From a virus, in IMG/VR virus record IMGVR_UViG_3300014913_001094, positions 27,454-91,453 of that record: DNA of 64,000 nt. The stretch is one strand, 5' to 3'. The position numbers and the translations under genes were made by a program. Positions 1 to 8,488 of this stretch are shown piece by piece. The notes beneath the pieces are model-generated. The model did no database searches. It saw nothing but the letters and a program-made list of their open reading frames with translations, and was not told the DNA's origin. Position 1 is the first letter of the stretch. The number at the start of each line of letters is the position of its first letter.

Positions 1-2
1 TT

Positions 3-377
3 CTTATAAGTGAGACACCTCAGAAAACCACTGACGAAGCGTGCTACGACGCATTGTTGGTATTCGACTTTTTTCCTACGTTGGGTCAGCAATTCGAAAA
101 CTCACCGGAGATTTCGGAGAAACAGATCCAGGCTTTCGTAAGAGAGCTTGACTGTGAAAGACTTTGCATAGATGCGAACGAAGTTATAAAGAAAGTCAAA
201 AACTTTCGAAGCATCAGGCGAGTAATAGATGAGTTGATTCAGATGTTATCGCAACAGGTCAAAGAACAACTTGCACGCAAGTATTTGTTTGAGATCTGGT
301 TTAAACAGAATTCTAATGGTGATCTTGAAAACTTCAGAGGTAGTCTTAGGGAAGACTACTGGTCACCTAAAACTTAA
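3..377 (+). CDS. Partial hypothetical protein (5' truncated); position suggests a head scaffold or other head protein
   Basis: Frame 3 is open from base 3 to TAA at 377; charged, helical-looking sequence directly upstream of the decoration/capsid pair. Function inferred from position only. Confidence 0.45.
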   Translation, partial: LISETPQKTTDEACYDALLVFDFFPTLGQQFENSPEISEKQIQAFVRELDCERLCIDANEVIKKVKNFRSIRRVIDELIQMLSQQVKEQLARKYLFEIWFKQNSNGDLENFRGSLREDYWSPKT

Positions 378-402
378 CAACTCGTAGTAGAGGAGGAACT
401 CT

Positions 403-987
403 ATGACCTTATTTCCACTACAAGCATTTGAGCGTAACCCAATTGGGTTATTCCCGCTCGCAGCTAGTGTAGCGATTGAGGGCGGCATGGTTGGCGAAAT
501 TGTAGCCGCTGGTGGTGCTGGCAGTACTCCTGAGGTAGATATTATGAGCGACAGCGGAGCAGGCACTAAGCAGCTCTCACTAGTCGGTCTTCTTGATGAT
601 TCTACGTCAGGCGCTGGTTACGGTGGAGCTGTCTTTGGTACGCCTATTAATGCAGGCACAACCGAAGCAACAGGAACACCCGCTGGACCTGCATCCCACT
701 TCGCATCAGGTAAAGCAACAATTTGGACCGATTCCGGTCTTTATGCAACAGACGTTTTTGATTCCAGTCTTTCTGATCTAACTGGTTTAACCCCAGGCGA
801 CCTGCTTTATTCAGGTACCGGTGGTTCTGCTGGCTTACTCATTACTGGTCTCACAGATGAAATCGGACGTTTCGTCCGTCGTTTTGAGGGCGGCATTGGT
901 TCTGTAGATGCTTTTGATAGCTTCTTCATGCCTCGTGTTCAACCCCAACTCGCTGGGTCCGTATACATGATCTTTAAATTCAAGTAA
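403..987 (+). CDS. Probable capsid decoration/cement protein
   Basis: Strong RBS AGGAGG at 391-396; Gly-rich beta-type 194 aa with ASGKATIW..GLYATDVFD and GDLLY motifs; immediately upstream of the major capsid gene. Confidence 0.6.
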   Translation: MTLFPLQAFERNPIGLFPLAASVAIEGGMVGEIVAAGGAGSTPEVDIMSDSGAGTKQLSLVGLLDDSTSGAGYGGAVFGTPINAGTTEATGTPAGPASHFASGKATIWTDSGLYATDVFDSSLSDLTGLTPGDLLYSGTGGSAGLLITGLTDEIGRFVRRFEGGIGSVDAFDSFFMPRVQPQLAGSVYMIFKFK

Positions 988-1012
988 AGCTGAGAGAATA
1001 GGAGTAAAATAG

Positions 1013-2056
1013 ATGAACCTTTTCAATGACAAAGGCGAAGTCAATGCGCATGATCGTGCAGAAGCTCTCCAGAATCTCATCCGCTATGCAAACATGCTTG
1101 GCTCTACTGAGCCTGCAGCTGCAGCAGCAGATGCTGATGGTCCCTCTTTCAGTGATGAAGCTAAAGAGGCAATGCTGGCACAAGCGCTCGCTTCCCCCGA
1201 AGGCAAAGTTGCCCTCGGTCAGGCAATGGCGAATCCAATTCGTCGAAACTTAGACTATCAAGGTGTTGGTCGTAAAGCACTAATCGTAGATCCCCTTCCA
1301 CAGGGCGCTCTACCAGTTTACGACAAAGATATTGACGTCTCCGCATGTATTATCGCTGCTAACGGTTCGGCTCCTGAGAGCCGTGTCCAAGGCGACCGTC
1401 TGATGGTTCCTGAGTTGGAAATCGTTTCCAATCCAACCGTCCGTATCGCTGAGGTTAAGCGTCGTCGATTCAACGTTATCGACAGAGCGCAGCAAAAAGC
1501 ACGTCAAGAGATTCAAGCTCAAGAAGATGCTAACATTTTCTCCGCTATCGATTTTTCATCAGATACAGCTGGTGGCTTCGGTGGTGAGAATGCTCGTACC
1601 GGTTTCGCCGGTGGTGCAGCTAGCCGTCTACAGCTTTTGGATCTACTTGATATTAAACAAAACATCGACAAGTGGGATTTAGTTACAGCTAAATTCTTCA
1701 TGCACATCACACAGTTTACCGACCTTCTTGCGGTTGGTATGACTAATGTTGGTGGCGCCGGTGTTGGTGGTCCAATCTATGGTGGCTTTGATCCGGTAAC
1801 GGTCCGCGAAGTACTACAGACTGGTCTTTATGGTAGTATTTGGGGCGCTGACATGATCGTCAGCAAGATTGTACCACAAGGTACCGTCTATGGTCTCGCA
1901 GAGCCAGAATTTGTTGGTGTATTCCCTGTCCGTCAAGACATTGAAGTACTACCTGCTGACGAACCAAAACAGCTGAAGCTAGGTTGGGTCGTTAATGAGA
2001 TCGTCGGTGTTGGTATTGTTAATCCTAGAGGAATCGCATCCGCAGATAACTCCTAA
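1013..2056 (+). CDS. Major capsid protein (HK97-type fold)
   Basis: 347 aa; ALGQAMANPIRRNLDYQGVGRKALIVDPLPQGALPVYDKD, IDRAQQKARQEIQAQEDANIF and GLYGSIWGADMIVSKIVPQGTVY..GVGIVNPRGIA match the HK97-family capsid layout; RBS AGGAG; followed by a terminator. Confidence 0.85.
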   Translation: MNLFNDKGEVNAHDRAEALQNLIRYANMLGSTEPAAAAADADGPSFSDEAKEAMLAQALASPEGKVALGQAMANPIRRNLDYQGVGRKALIVDPLPQGALPVYDKDIDVSACIIAANGSAPESRVQGDRLMVPELEIVSNPTVRIAEVKRRRFNVIDRAQQKARQEIQAQEDANIFSAIDFSSDTAGGFGGENARTGFAGGAASRLQLLDLLDIKQNIDKWDLVTAKFFMHITQFTDLLAVGMTNVGGAGVGGPIYGGFDPVTVREVLQTGLYGSIWGADMIVSKIVPQGTVYGLAEPEFVGVFPVRQDIEVLPADEPKQLKLGWVVNEIVGVGIVNPRGIASADNS

Positions 2057-2107
2057 TAATACTTGGAGTTAAGAGCGAAGCAATTCTTTTAATTCGATAT
2101 CTAATAA

Positions 2108-2137
2108 GGGAGGTTACTAAGTAACCTCTCTTTTTTT
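2108..2137 (+). terminator. Intrinsic terminator after the capsid gene
   Basis: GGGAGGTTAC-TAA-GTAACCTCTC stem followed by TTTTTTT. Confidence 0.85.
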
Positions 2138-2146
2138 ATAATTAAT

Positions 2147-2177
2147 GTGACAATCGTGTTCTTCTATTAGATAAAAG
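2147..2177 (+). promoter_or_regulatory. Putative promoter, class A (GTGACAA-N10-CT..ATAAAA)
   Basis: The same motif with near-identical spacing recurs at 2953 and 24320, each at an operon start next to a terminator. Confidence 0.55.
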
Positions 2178-2180
2178 CAT

Positions 2181-2888
2181 ATGTCTACAAAATGGTCAAG
2201 AAAATATAACCACTGTCAGAATCGAGAGTGTCCTAATACTGTTAATGGGATTACTCGCATGAAACATAATGCGAAGGGGCTCTGTAAGAGCTGCTTTTCA
2301 TCTGAGCACCGCCGTAAGAATCTTAAGCGGTCACAAGAAAATGAAGCTACTCGAAGAGTAAAGCCTGAAAATAGGGCAAAGCAAAAAGAAGCTCATGCAA
2401 AGTGGTACAGAGAACATGCAGAAGAACATATAGCTAATACAACTCAATATCGCAAAGAGCATCCAGAACAATCTCGTAAGCATTGGGCTAAATACCGTGC
2501 AAACAATAGAGAAGCATGTAATGTAGCGTGTCGCAAACATTGGCATGCCAATAAGGAGGCTGAGTCAGAAAAGCGCAGACAGTGGCGTAAAAGTAATAAA
2601 GAAAAAGTGAGAATAAGCAATAACCGACGCCGCGCCCTCAAAGAAAATGCAGAAGGCTCGTTTACTCTAGAAGAGTGGCTTGCCTGTATTGCTAGTTATA
2701 ATCATCAATGTTATGGTTGTCTTTGTGTTTTTGATGAAGAAAATATTCCTACAGTAGATCATTCGACTCCTCTCTCAAGAGGAGGTTCAAATTATATTGA
2801 CAATATTGAACCTCTATGTGGAAAATGTAATAGTAAAAAAGGAACAAAAACCAAAGAAGAATTCTTAACAAAAATTAACAGTTCCTAA
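2181..2888 (+). CDS. HNH endonuclease (free-standing, homing-type)
   Basis: C-terminal CYGC..TVDHSTPLSRGGSNYIDNIEPLCGKCNSKKG; N-terminal HNAKGLCKSC zinc motif and basic helical repeats. Confidence 0.9.
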   Translation: MSTKWSRKYNHCQNRECPNTVNGITRMKHNAKGLCKSCFSSEHRRKNLKRSQENEATRRVKPENRAKQKEAHAKWYREHAEEHIANTTQYRKEHPEQSRKHWAKYRANNREACNVACRKHWHANKEAESEKRRQWRKSNKEKVRISNNRRRALKENAEGSFTLEEWLACIASYNHQCYGCLCVFDEENIPTVDHSTPLSRGGSNYIDNIEPLCGKCNSKKGTKTKEEFLTKINSS

Positions 2889-2909
2889 GCCCAATATTTA
2901 GGATACCAT

Positions 2910-2943
2910 AGGGACTGACTTCGGTCAGTCCCTTATTTTTTTT
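2910..2943 (+). terminator. Intrinsic terminator after the HNH gene
   Basis: AGGGACTGAC-TTCG-GTCAGTCCCT: 10-bp perfect stem, cUUCGg loop, then a T run. Confidence 0.9.
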
Positions 2944-2952
2944 GGAAAAGCG

Positions 2953-2982
2953 GTGACAAGAATGAACAACTATATATAAAAA
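2953..2982 (+). promoter_or_regulatory. Putative promoter, class A
   Basis: GTGACAA-GAATGAACAA-CTATATATAAAA, same spacing to CTAT as the copy at 2147. Confidence 0.55.
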
Positions 2983-3023
2983 TATAGAGTATTAAATGTA
3001 GTAACGAAAAGAAAGGAAGCAGA

Positions 3024-3848
3024 ATGCTCAAAATCACCGCTATTGTAGTAGTCCTTTGTGGTCTCCTCTTAACTCCCACCTTTGCTGATCAACAAGTCAG
3101 AGACATGCATGATCAACTAATGAAAACGGTTGTACGAGTTTCAACAGAGGGAGGTACTGGCTCTGGTACTGTCATTTATTGTGATGATAGAGACGAGGCA
3201 GGCAAATTTGAGACTTATGTTTTAACTAACTATCACGTCATCAGCGATGCAATCAACTTCGAAGAGCGTTGGGATTCTAATAGTAAAAGTATGAAAAAAA
3301 TTCAAGAGCTCGACAGAGTTGAAGTTGAAATTTTTCTATACAATAATGAAGGTACAGCTCAAGGTCAAAATGTATTTCAAGCTGACATTATAGCCTATGA
3401 TGAAAAGGGAGATATAGCCATACTTAAGCTATATACCACCAGAAGCATTACGGCTGATGCAAGAGTCGCACCTCTTCTTCCTGAAGGCGCTAGGTTGCAG
3501 GTATTTCAGGTAGTATATAATGTTGGATGCTCTCTTGCACATGAACCAATTCCGACAAAAGGAATGATCACTGATACAGACGATACAATTGATAATCGTC
3601 GATATGTAATGACCAACGCAGATATCATTTTTGGTAACAGTGGTGGTGCTTGTTTTGTTCAACACAATGGTGTGTGGCATCTTGCTGGCATTCCTGCTCG
3701 TGGACGAGTTGCCCAAGGTAATATGGTTACTCATATGAACTGGATTGTTCCTATCGAAAGAATTCGTGATTTCATCATTAAAGAAGAGCTCACTTTTCTT
3801 CTCAATAGGAAAGTAACACCAAAGAAAAGTAAAGGTGTAATTCTCTAG
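3024..3848 (+). CDS. Trypsin-like (S1/HtrA-type) serine protease with signal peptide
   Basis: GTGSGTVI, LTNYHV (His), DIAIL (Asp), GNSGG (Ser); hydrophobic N-terminus ending TFA-D. Confidence 0.9.
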   Translation: MLKITAIVVVLCGLLLTPTFADQQVRDMHDQLMKTVVRVSTEGGTGSGTVIYCDDRDEAGKFETYVLTNYHVISDAINFEERWDSNSKSMKKIQELDRVEVEIFLYNNEGTAQGQNVFQADIIAYDEKGDIAILKLYTTRSITADARVAPLLPEGARLQVFQVVYNVGCSLAHEPIPTKGMITDTDDTIDNRRYVMTNADIIFGNSGGACFVQHNGVWHLAGIPARGRVAQGNMVTHMNWIVPIERIRDFIIKEELTFLLNRKVTPKKSKGVIL

Positions 3849-3856
3849 GAGATCAA

Positions 3857-4045
3857 ATGAATATGGAAGCTGAAGCAGAGAGTTTGAAGATTCAAATTAT
3901 GGAACTTCAGCGTATGGAATTTGATATTCAAGAAGACATTGAAAAACTTTATCAAGACCTCGAGAGAGTACGCAAAGAGCGTACTCTCAAAGAGACTCAG
4001 CTTCGTTTAATAGAAGATAAGCAACTTGGTAGGACTGAAGAGTAG
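3857..4045 (+). CDS. Small coiled-coil hypothetical protein
   Basis: RBS AGGAG; 62 aa heptad-like E/L/Q-rich sequence that fills the gap between genes. Confidence 0.65.
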   Translation: MNMEAEAESLKIQIMELQRMEFDIQEDIEKLYQDLERVRKERTLKETQLRLIEDKQLGRTEE

Positions 4046-4055
4046 AAAGAAAGAA

Positions 4056-5090
4056 ATGTTTGAGAATATTCCCACAGGCTATTTTTATGAAGACCTTTTA
4101 TTGAGACCTTGTGGTAGTGAAGTCATGTCTCGTATGGATGTTAATATGTCAACAGAATTGTTGCCAGGAATAGTTCTCAAGGCTCCAATTATTTCTTCGC
4201 CAATGTCTTCAATAACTGAATCAAAGATGGCTATTAAAATGCATGAAGTCGGTGGATTGGGCATTCTTCATCGCTTTGCAAGCCTTACTCACCTTGAGCA
4301 AGAAATGAAAATAATAGGCAAAGAAGTCCCGAAGTCTCATCGTGCTTTTGCTGTTGGAATTAAAGAAGCCGATACTGCTCTTCTTAGACTCTTAACTCCT
4401 CATGCAGATATTATTTGTGTTGATGTTAATGTAGGTCACCATGTTAAAACGATAGAAATGATCAAATATATTCGTCATGCATATCCTGATCATCAAGTAA
4501 TTGCTGGAAGTGTCTCAACAGCAGAAGGTACAACAGACTTATGTAAAGCAGGAGCTCACTGCATTAGAGCGACCAATGGGGGCGGCAGTATGTGTACCAC
4601 TTTAATTGAAACTGGCGTTGGTGTTCCAACTGCTACTTCGCTTGCTGAATGTGTTCAAGCTGCTGATCAATATGGAGTAACAGTTATTGCAGATGGTGGC
4701 ATTACAGGCTCAGGTACCATTGTTAAAGCTCTTGCAATAGGAGCAGATGCTGCAATGACTGGTTCATTGTTATCAGGTTCTTCTGCAATTCCAACTGAAG
4801 CATTTTTTCTTGATGAAGATGGTAATTATAAAGCTCATTATTATGGAATGGCATCGAGAGAGGCGCAGTTGCGCCGTGGCGATGAAGTTAGAGAAGGTAC
4901 AGCTCCAGAAGGAATTAGTCGAAGTGTGCCAGTACGAGGAAAAACAAGTGTCATACTTGAGAGATTGATTAATGGGATTAGATCAGGTATGTCGCAGGTA
5001 AATGCAAAAGATCTGTCAGCTCTAAGAGCTAATGCACAATGGGTAAAAGTAAATAAGTGGCCAAATTCGTTTTCAGGAAAAATGAAATAA
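4056..5090 (+). CDS. guaB: IMP dehydrogenase / GMP reductase family enzyme, CBS-less
   Basis: PIISSPM, GGLGILHRF, GGGSMCTT (catalytic Cys), GVPTAT, IADGGI..G.IVKALAIGA, YYGMAS, PEG. ATG 4056 preferred over TTG 4026. IMPDH versus GMPR is not resolved. Confidence 0.8.
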   Translation: MFENIPTGYFYEDLLLRPCGSEVMSRMDVNMSTELLPGIVLKAPIISSPMSSITESKMAIKMHEVGGLGILHRFASLTHLEQEMKIIGKEVPKSHRAFAVGIKEADTALLRLLTPHADIICVDVNVGHHVKTIEMIKYIRHAYPDHQVIAGSVSTAEGTTDLCKAGAHCIRATNGGGSMCTTLIETGVGVPTATSLAECVQAADQYGVTVIADGGITGSGTIVKALAIGADAAMTGSLLSGSSAIPTEAFFLDEDGNYKAHYYGMASREAQLRRGDEVREGTAPEGISRSVPVRGKTSVILERLINGIRSGMSQVNAKDLSALRANAQWVKVNKWPNSFSGKMK

Positions 5091-5498
5091 ATGTTTAAAA
5101 GCAAGAAGATCAAAGAGATAGAGAAGTTATGGGAACAAGTCCTCATGCTTTATACAGCAGTACAGATCACGGAGCTCAAAGACAAAAGACAAGCAGAAAA
5201 GGCTTTTGTTTCCGTAAGTATGAAAACAATAGGACTATATCCAAAGAAAAAGATCAATAAAACTATTCTGAGAGCGATGATTTTTCTTAAAAGAATAGCA
5301 GCGGATAAGGCAATGTACGATTCAGTTAAGGTAATAGACTACATAACTGGAGGACATAATGCAAGTAGAAAATTTAAAGGAGAGCTTCGAGATCGCATCA
5401 TAGCTCATTTTTGGCAATATGCATCAAACTATTGTACTATAATTATTAATGCTGAGAAGACAAATCCCATGGTTCCTGGAACATCCTTCAGAAAGTAA
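5091..5498 (+). CDS. Hypothetical basic protein
   Basis: 135-aa ORF abutting the upstream stop; no recognised motif. Confidence 0.55.
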   Translation: MFKSKKIKEIEKLWEQVLMLYTAVQITELKDKRQAEKAFVSVSMKTIGLYPKKKINKTILRAMIFLKRIAADKAMYDSVKVIDYITGGHNASRKFKGELRDRIIAHFWQYASNYCTIIINAEKTNPMVPGTSFRK

Positions 5499-5507
5499 GG
5501 AAGAGGT

Positions 5508-6401
5508 ATGAGTAAGAAGAACAAGAATAAAAAGAAAAACAAAAACAAAAAAGCACAACGATCCAAGGTGTTACCAGAAGTATCTCAACAAGTGCCTCAA
5601 CAAGCATTGAAGCCTTTTGCTGAGATGACTACCGAAGAAAAGATTGAGACAATCAATCGAGGACATTCATTTTTTGATAAGCAAGCTACCCTGGATGATT
5701 TTAGTATTATGATTGCAACACCCCATTCTTATGACTTTGTCTATAAAGAATGGTTTGCTATGTATGAGCGTTTGATGAAACCTAAATCTGCAAGACTTTA
5801 TATGGATCCTAGTCTTCCTCTCTCTGTTAATCGTAACAATTGTGTAGAAGAAGCTCAAAAGTCGGGTGTGGATTTTTTGATGTTTATTGATCATGATAAT
5901 ATTTTACCGCCTGATACAATTTTAAAATTTATTGAACATAATGCTCCAATTGTCGGTGGTTTATATTTTGAACGCAAGTATCCTCATCTTCCTGTATGCT
6001 ATGTTTTTGAGAAGGATCGTCAAACGGTAAGAGTTGTGTATGATTACAAAAAAGGACTTGTCCCTGTTCATGTAACAGGACTGGGTTGTACTCTGTTTGA
6101 TATGAGAGTTTTTGATGTCATTGACGCTCCCTGGTTTTGTTATGAGCACGATGGACACTCTTGGGGTACAGAAGATATTGGATTTTTTCATAAAGTAATG
6201 GATGTAGGTATTAATACTTTTATGGATACAGCACATACAGTTGGACACTATACTCAAACAGTTATAGATGAAGGTGACTGGCTTGAATACAAGCCTGGTT
6301 ATTTGGAAGAAGTTAATAAAAAGGCACAGGAGTTTGGTGGGAATTCAGTCTACGTCGATAAGCGTAAAAATCAAATTCTACCCTCTCCAAGTGGTCAATG
6401 A
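5508..6401 (+). CDS. GT-A fold (GT2-like) glycosyltransferase
   Basis: RNNCVEEA, FLMFIDHD (DxD), IVGGLY, TGLGCTL, PWF, GTEDIGF; Lys-rich N-terminal tail. Confidence 0.8.
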   Translation: MSKKNKNKKKNKNKKAQRSKVLPEVSQQVPQQALKPFAEMTTEEKIETINRGHSFFDKQATLDDFSIMIATPHSYDFVYKEWFAMYERLMKPKSARLYMDPSLPLSVNRNNCVEEAQKSGVDFLMFIDHDNILPPDTILKFIEHNAPIVGGLYFERKYPHLPVCYVFEKDRQTVRVVYDYKKGLVPVHVTGLGCTLFDMRVFDVIDAPWFCYEHDGHSWGTEDIGFFHKVMDVGINTFMDTAHTVGHYTQTVIDEGDWLEYKPGYLEEVNKKAQEFGGNSVYVDKRKNQILPSPSGQ

Positions 6402-6414
6402 AAAAGGAGTAAAG

Positions 6415-6975
6415 ATGAAAGTAAGAAACATTAGTAGACTGTTTTGGCCAAAAGGAATGGAACTATCTAGAGATTTACAATCAGGAGAAGAAGGTGTAGT
6501 TCTTGCAGAGGCAGAAAATAATGATAGGCTTCGTAATGCTATCGCTTCTGGGGTTCTTGAGATTGTTACTGAAGTGACACATATTCAAACTTCTGCTGGT
6601 ATTGTTCAAATTGTTCAAGGAGATGATCCATTTGAATCTTCTATTGGACAAGAAGCAATCAATCCCGCAATGGCAGAAACAAAGAGAGGCGCAGTTCGTC
6701 GCTTAACGGAAGCGGAGGCCTCTAAAGTAGCGAAAGAAGTGTCTACTGAAAAGTCGGAGATTGACGGATTTAAGCATCGTAAAGGTGGTGCTAAAGTTAA
6801 GTTTGTCAAAGAAATGACCGACGTTAAGGCGCTAAGACAAGTTTTGAGTCTCTCTAAAGGAGCAAAAGTTCTTGCTGCTGCACAGGCAAGGATTGAAGAG
6901 CTCAGTAATGTAGCTAAGGCTCCTGAAGAAATGATTCAATCAGTCCCAGCTCCAGAAGATAATAATGATAGTTAA
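6415..6975 (+). CDS. Hypothetical protein with the shared VxN..G.L N-terminal module
   Basis: ATG 6415 follows AAGGAG; N-terminus MKVRNIS..LRNAIASGVLEIV resembles those of 6965, 34064 and 38985. Confidence 0.65.
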   Translation: MKVRNISRLFWPKGMELSRDLQSGEEGVVLAEAENNDRLRNAIASGVLEIVTEVTHIQTSAGIVQIVQGDDPFESSIGQEAINPAMAETKRGAVRRLTEAEASKVAKEVSTEKSEIDGFKHRKGGAKVKFVKEMTDVKALRQVLSLSKGAKVLAAAQARIEELSNVAKAPEEMIQSVPAPEDNNDS

Positions 6976-7576
6976 AAATATTTCCATCACTATTCAAGAG
7001 TTTCCTGGCTTAGGCGGATTGCGTTTAATGCCAGGAGAACAGCAAGATATAAGTAATTTTAGCCAAAGAGAACGAGATAACTCTTACGAATTGCAAGAAG
7101 CTTTTCGTAAGGGTGATCTCATTTGTATTGGAGTTGGTAAGAGTGATCGTCCTGATATCGATCCAAAGATGCGAGTTGCTCGAGCTCGATTTATGGAAAA
7201 AATTGAAGAACAACCTCTTCTTGATGATCGTCATGAACAAAAAGAAACGCTAACACACGAAGATGAAAGAACAGGGGTTACTATTATTGATAATCCTCAC
7301 GCTTTTATTACTATGAATGAAGAGGGAGTAACACAAGTACAGCACATCGTTCCTCCCCCAAAAACCCCTCCTCCACCAAAGCCTCCTGTTGAGCATCCTA
7401 CTATTACGCCTGAGCGTGCCCGTGAAATTCTTAGTCAACAATGTTTAGGGACCCGCACAAATGGCCGCGAATGTCGCCGCCGTGCTGTAAAGGGTTACGA
7501 GCACTGTCTTGTTCATATGCCACCTGAAATTAAGGCAGAATATAAAAGACGTAAAAAACAACAATTTTTCGATTAA
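6965..7576 (+). CDS. Hypothetical protein: shared N-terminal module, Pro-rich linker, C-terminal CCCH zinc finger
   Basis: CLGTRTNGRECRRRAVKGYEHCLVH; PPPKTPPPPKPP linker. Confidence 0.7.
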   Translation: MIVKNISITIQEFPGLGGLRLMPGEQQDISNFSQRERDNSYELQEAFRKGDLICIGVGKSDRPDIDPKMRVARARFMEKIEEQPLLDDRHEQKETLTHEDERTGVTIIDNPHAFITMNEEGVTQVQHIVPPPKTPPPPKPPVEHPTITPERAREILSQQCLGTRTNGRECRRRAVKGYEHCLVHMPPEIKAEYKRRKKQQFFD

Positions 7577-7580
7577 GACA

Positions 7581-7616
7581 TCCCAACAAATCTATCGATA
7601 TTTCTCCTTAATAATG
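7581..7616 (+). promoter_or_regulatory. Putative promoter, class B (late-type; AAATCTATCGATAT core)
   Basis: TCCCAACAAATCTATCGATATTTCTCCTTAATAATG is closely repeated at 29217; the core recurs at 43935 and 44062. Confidence 0.6.
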
Positions 7617-7662
7617 GAAGGATTGTATATATCCTATACACCCATTTGAACGGGAGTTATAT

Positions 7663-8037
7663 ATGGTTGAGATTATTGGTGGACAAGTCTTAAGATATTC
7701 TGTCTTCGGAAACGAAGCAGTATCTATTCCTTTTGTAGGGACTACTACAAGTACAGCAGCCTATGGAGGCGAACATCCTCCAATCTTTATCTACACTGGT
7801 TTCTCTGTTTCAGGTGCAAATACTTCATTTGAGAGAGAGTTTGGACCGCGTGATGCTGAGATAATTTACGATTTCAGGGATGACAGAAGTGCAGCACGAA
7901 TACGAGTAAGAGCTCCAATAGATCCTTGTCTAAACGGATTTTATGTTGATTTCTCACAAGAACCTGGCTTCAATGAACCTTTTGTATTGAGATTCAACTG
8001 GATAGCAGTTGGCGGTTCGATATCGTGTGATAATTAG
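7663..8037 (+). CDS. Hypothetical beta-rich protein, possibly virion-associated
   Basis: RBS GGGAG; C-terminal FNWIAVG strand resembles H-type lectin/gp53-like fibre-tip domains (weak). Confidence 0.55.
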   Translation: MVEIIGGQVLRYSVFGNEAVSIPFVGTTTSTAAYGGEHPPIFIYTGFSVSGANTSFEREFGPRDAEIIYDFRDDRSAARIRVRAPIDPCLNGFYVDFSQEPGFNEPFVLRFNWIAVGGSISCDN

Positions 8038-8049
8038 GAAGGGCATGAC

Positions 8050-8484
8050 GTGGTAGCAAAAGTAGCAGTTATCTATCGTAAAGAAGATGGAAAAATCGTC
8101 AGAGTAACGACGTTGACTCCATTGACTGAGCGCACTATAACAGAAGAAGATATGGCAATCTTCATGCCTGGCATTAAGCTTGACAGTTTTGCTATGGTCC
8201 TCATTCAAGGTAAGCAATATCTAGATATTGAGAGATATCGTGTTAATGTTAGTGCTGATGGTGAATATCTTGGAATCATTGAGGACGAAGATATTGAGAT
8301 TATGAGTGCAATTGATTCAAGTGCAGAAATAACAGATGGACTTCTTGACAGAGAAGCAAGCATAGTAATCAGTGTATTAAGTGTTATTGATGATCAAGCA
8401 AGACTATTAAAATACAAAGAGATTGAGATTAAGGGTAAGAATAGAACAGAGATATTGAATTTCTTTAAGCAAAGGGGTCTATAG
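8050..8484 (+). CDS. Hypothetical phage protein
   Basis: GTG start; C-terminal EIKGKNRTEIL motif of a kind common in small phage head-region proteins. Confidence 0.6.
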   Translation: MVAKVAVIYRKEDGKIVRVTTLTPLTERTITEEDMAIFMPGIKLDSFAMVLIQGKQYLDIERYRVNVSADGEYLGIIEDEDIEIMSAIDSSAEITDGLLDREASIVISVLSVIDDQARLLKYKEIEIKGKNRTEILNFFKQRGL

Positions 8485-8488
8485 AAAT

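Noticed and set aside
1545-1556. CTATCGATTTTT inside the capsid gene as another class B promoter
   Set aside because: Intragenic, lacks the upstream AAA and downstream TCTCCTTAA context, and is explained by Ala-Ile-Asp-Phe codons.
1013-2056. Encapsulin nanocompartment
   Set aside because: Neighbours are decoration-, fibre-, neck- and homing-endonuclease-like genes, not cargo enzymes.
2047-2903. Short hairpins over the stop codons of the capsid (2047-2071) and HNH (2883-2903) genes as a target-site duplication
   Set aside because: Only TCCTAA is shared and the stems are 6-7 bp, compatible with chance.
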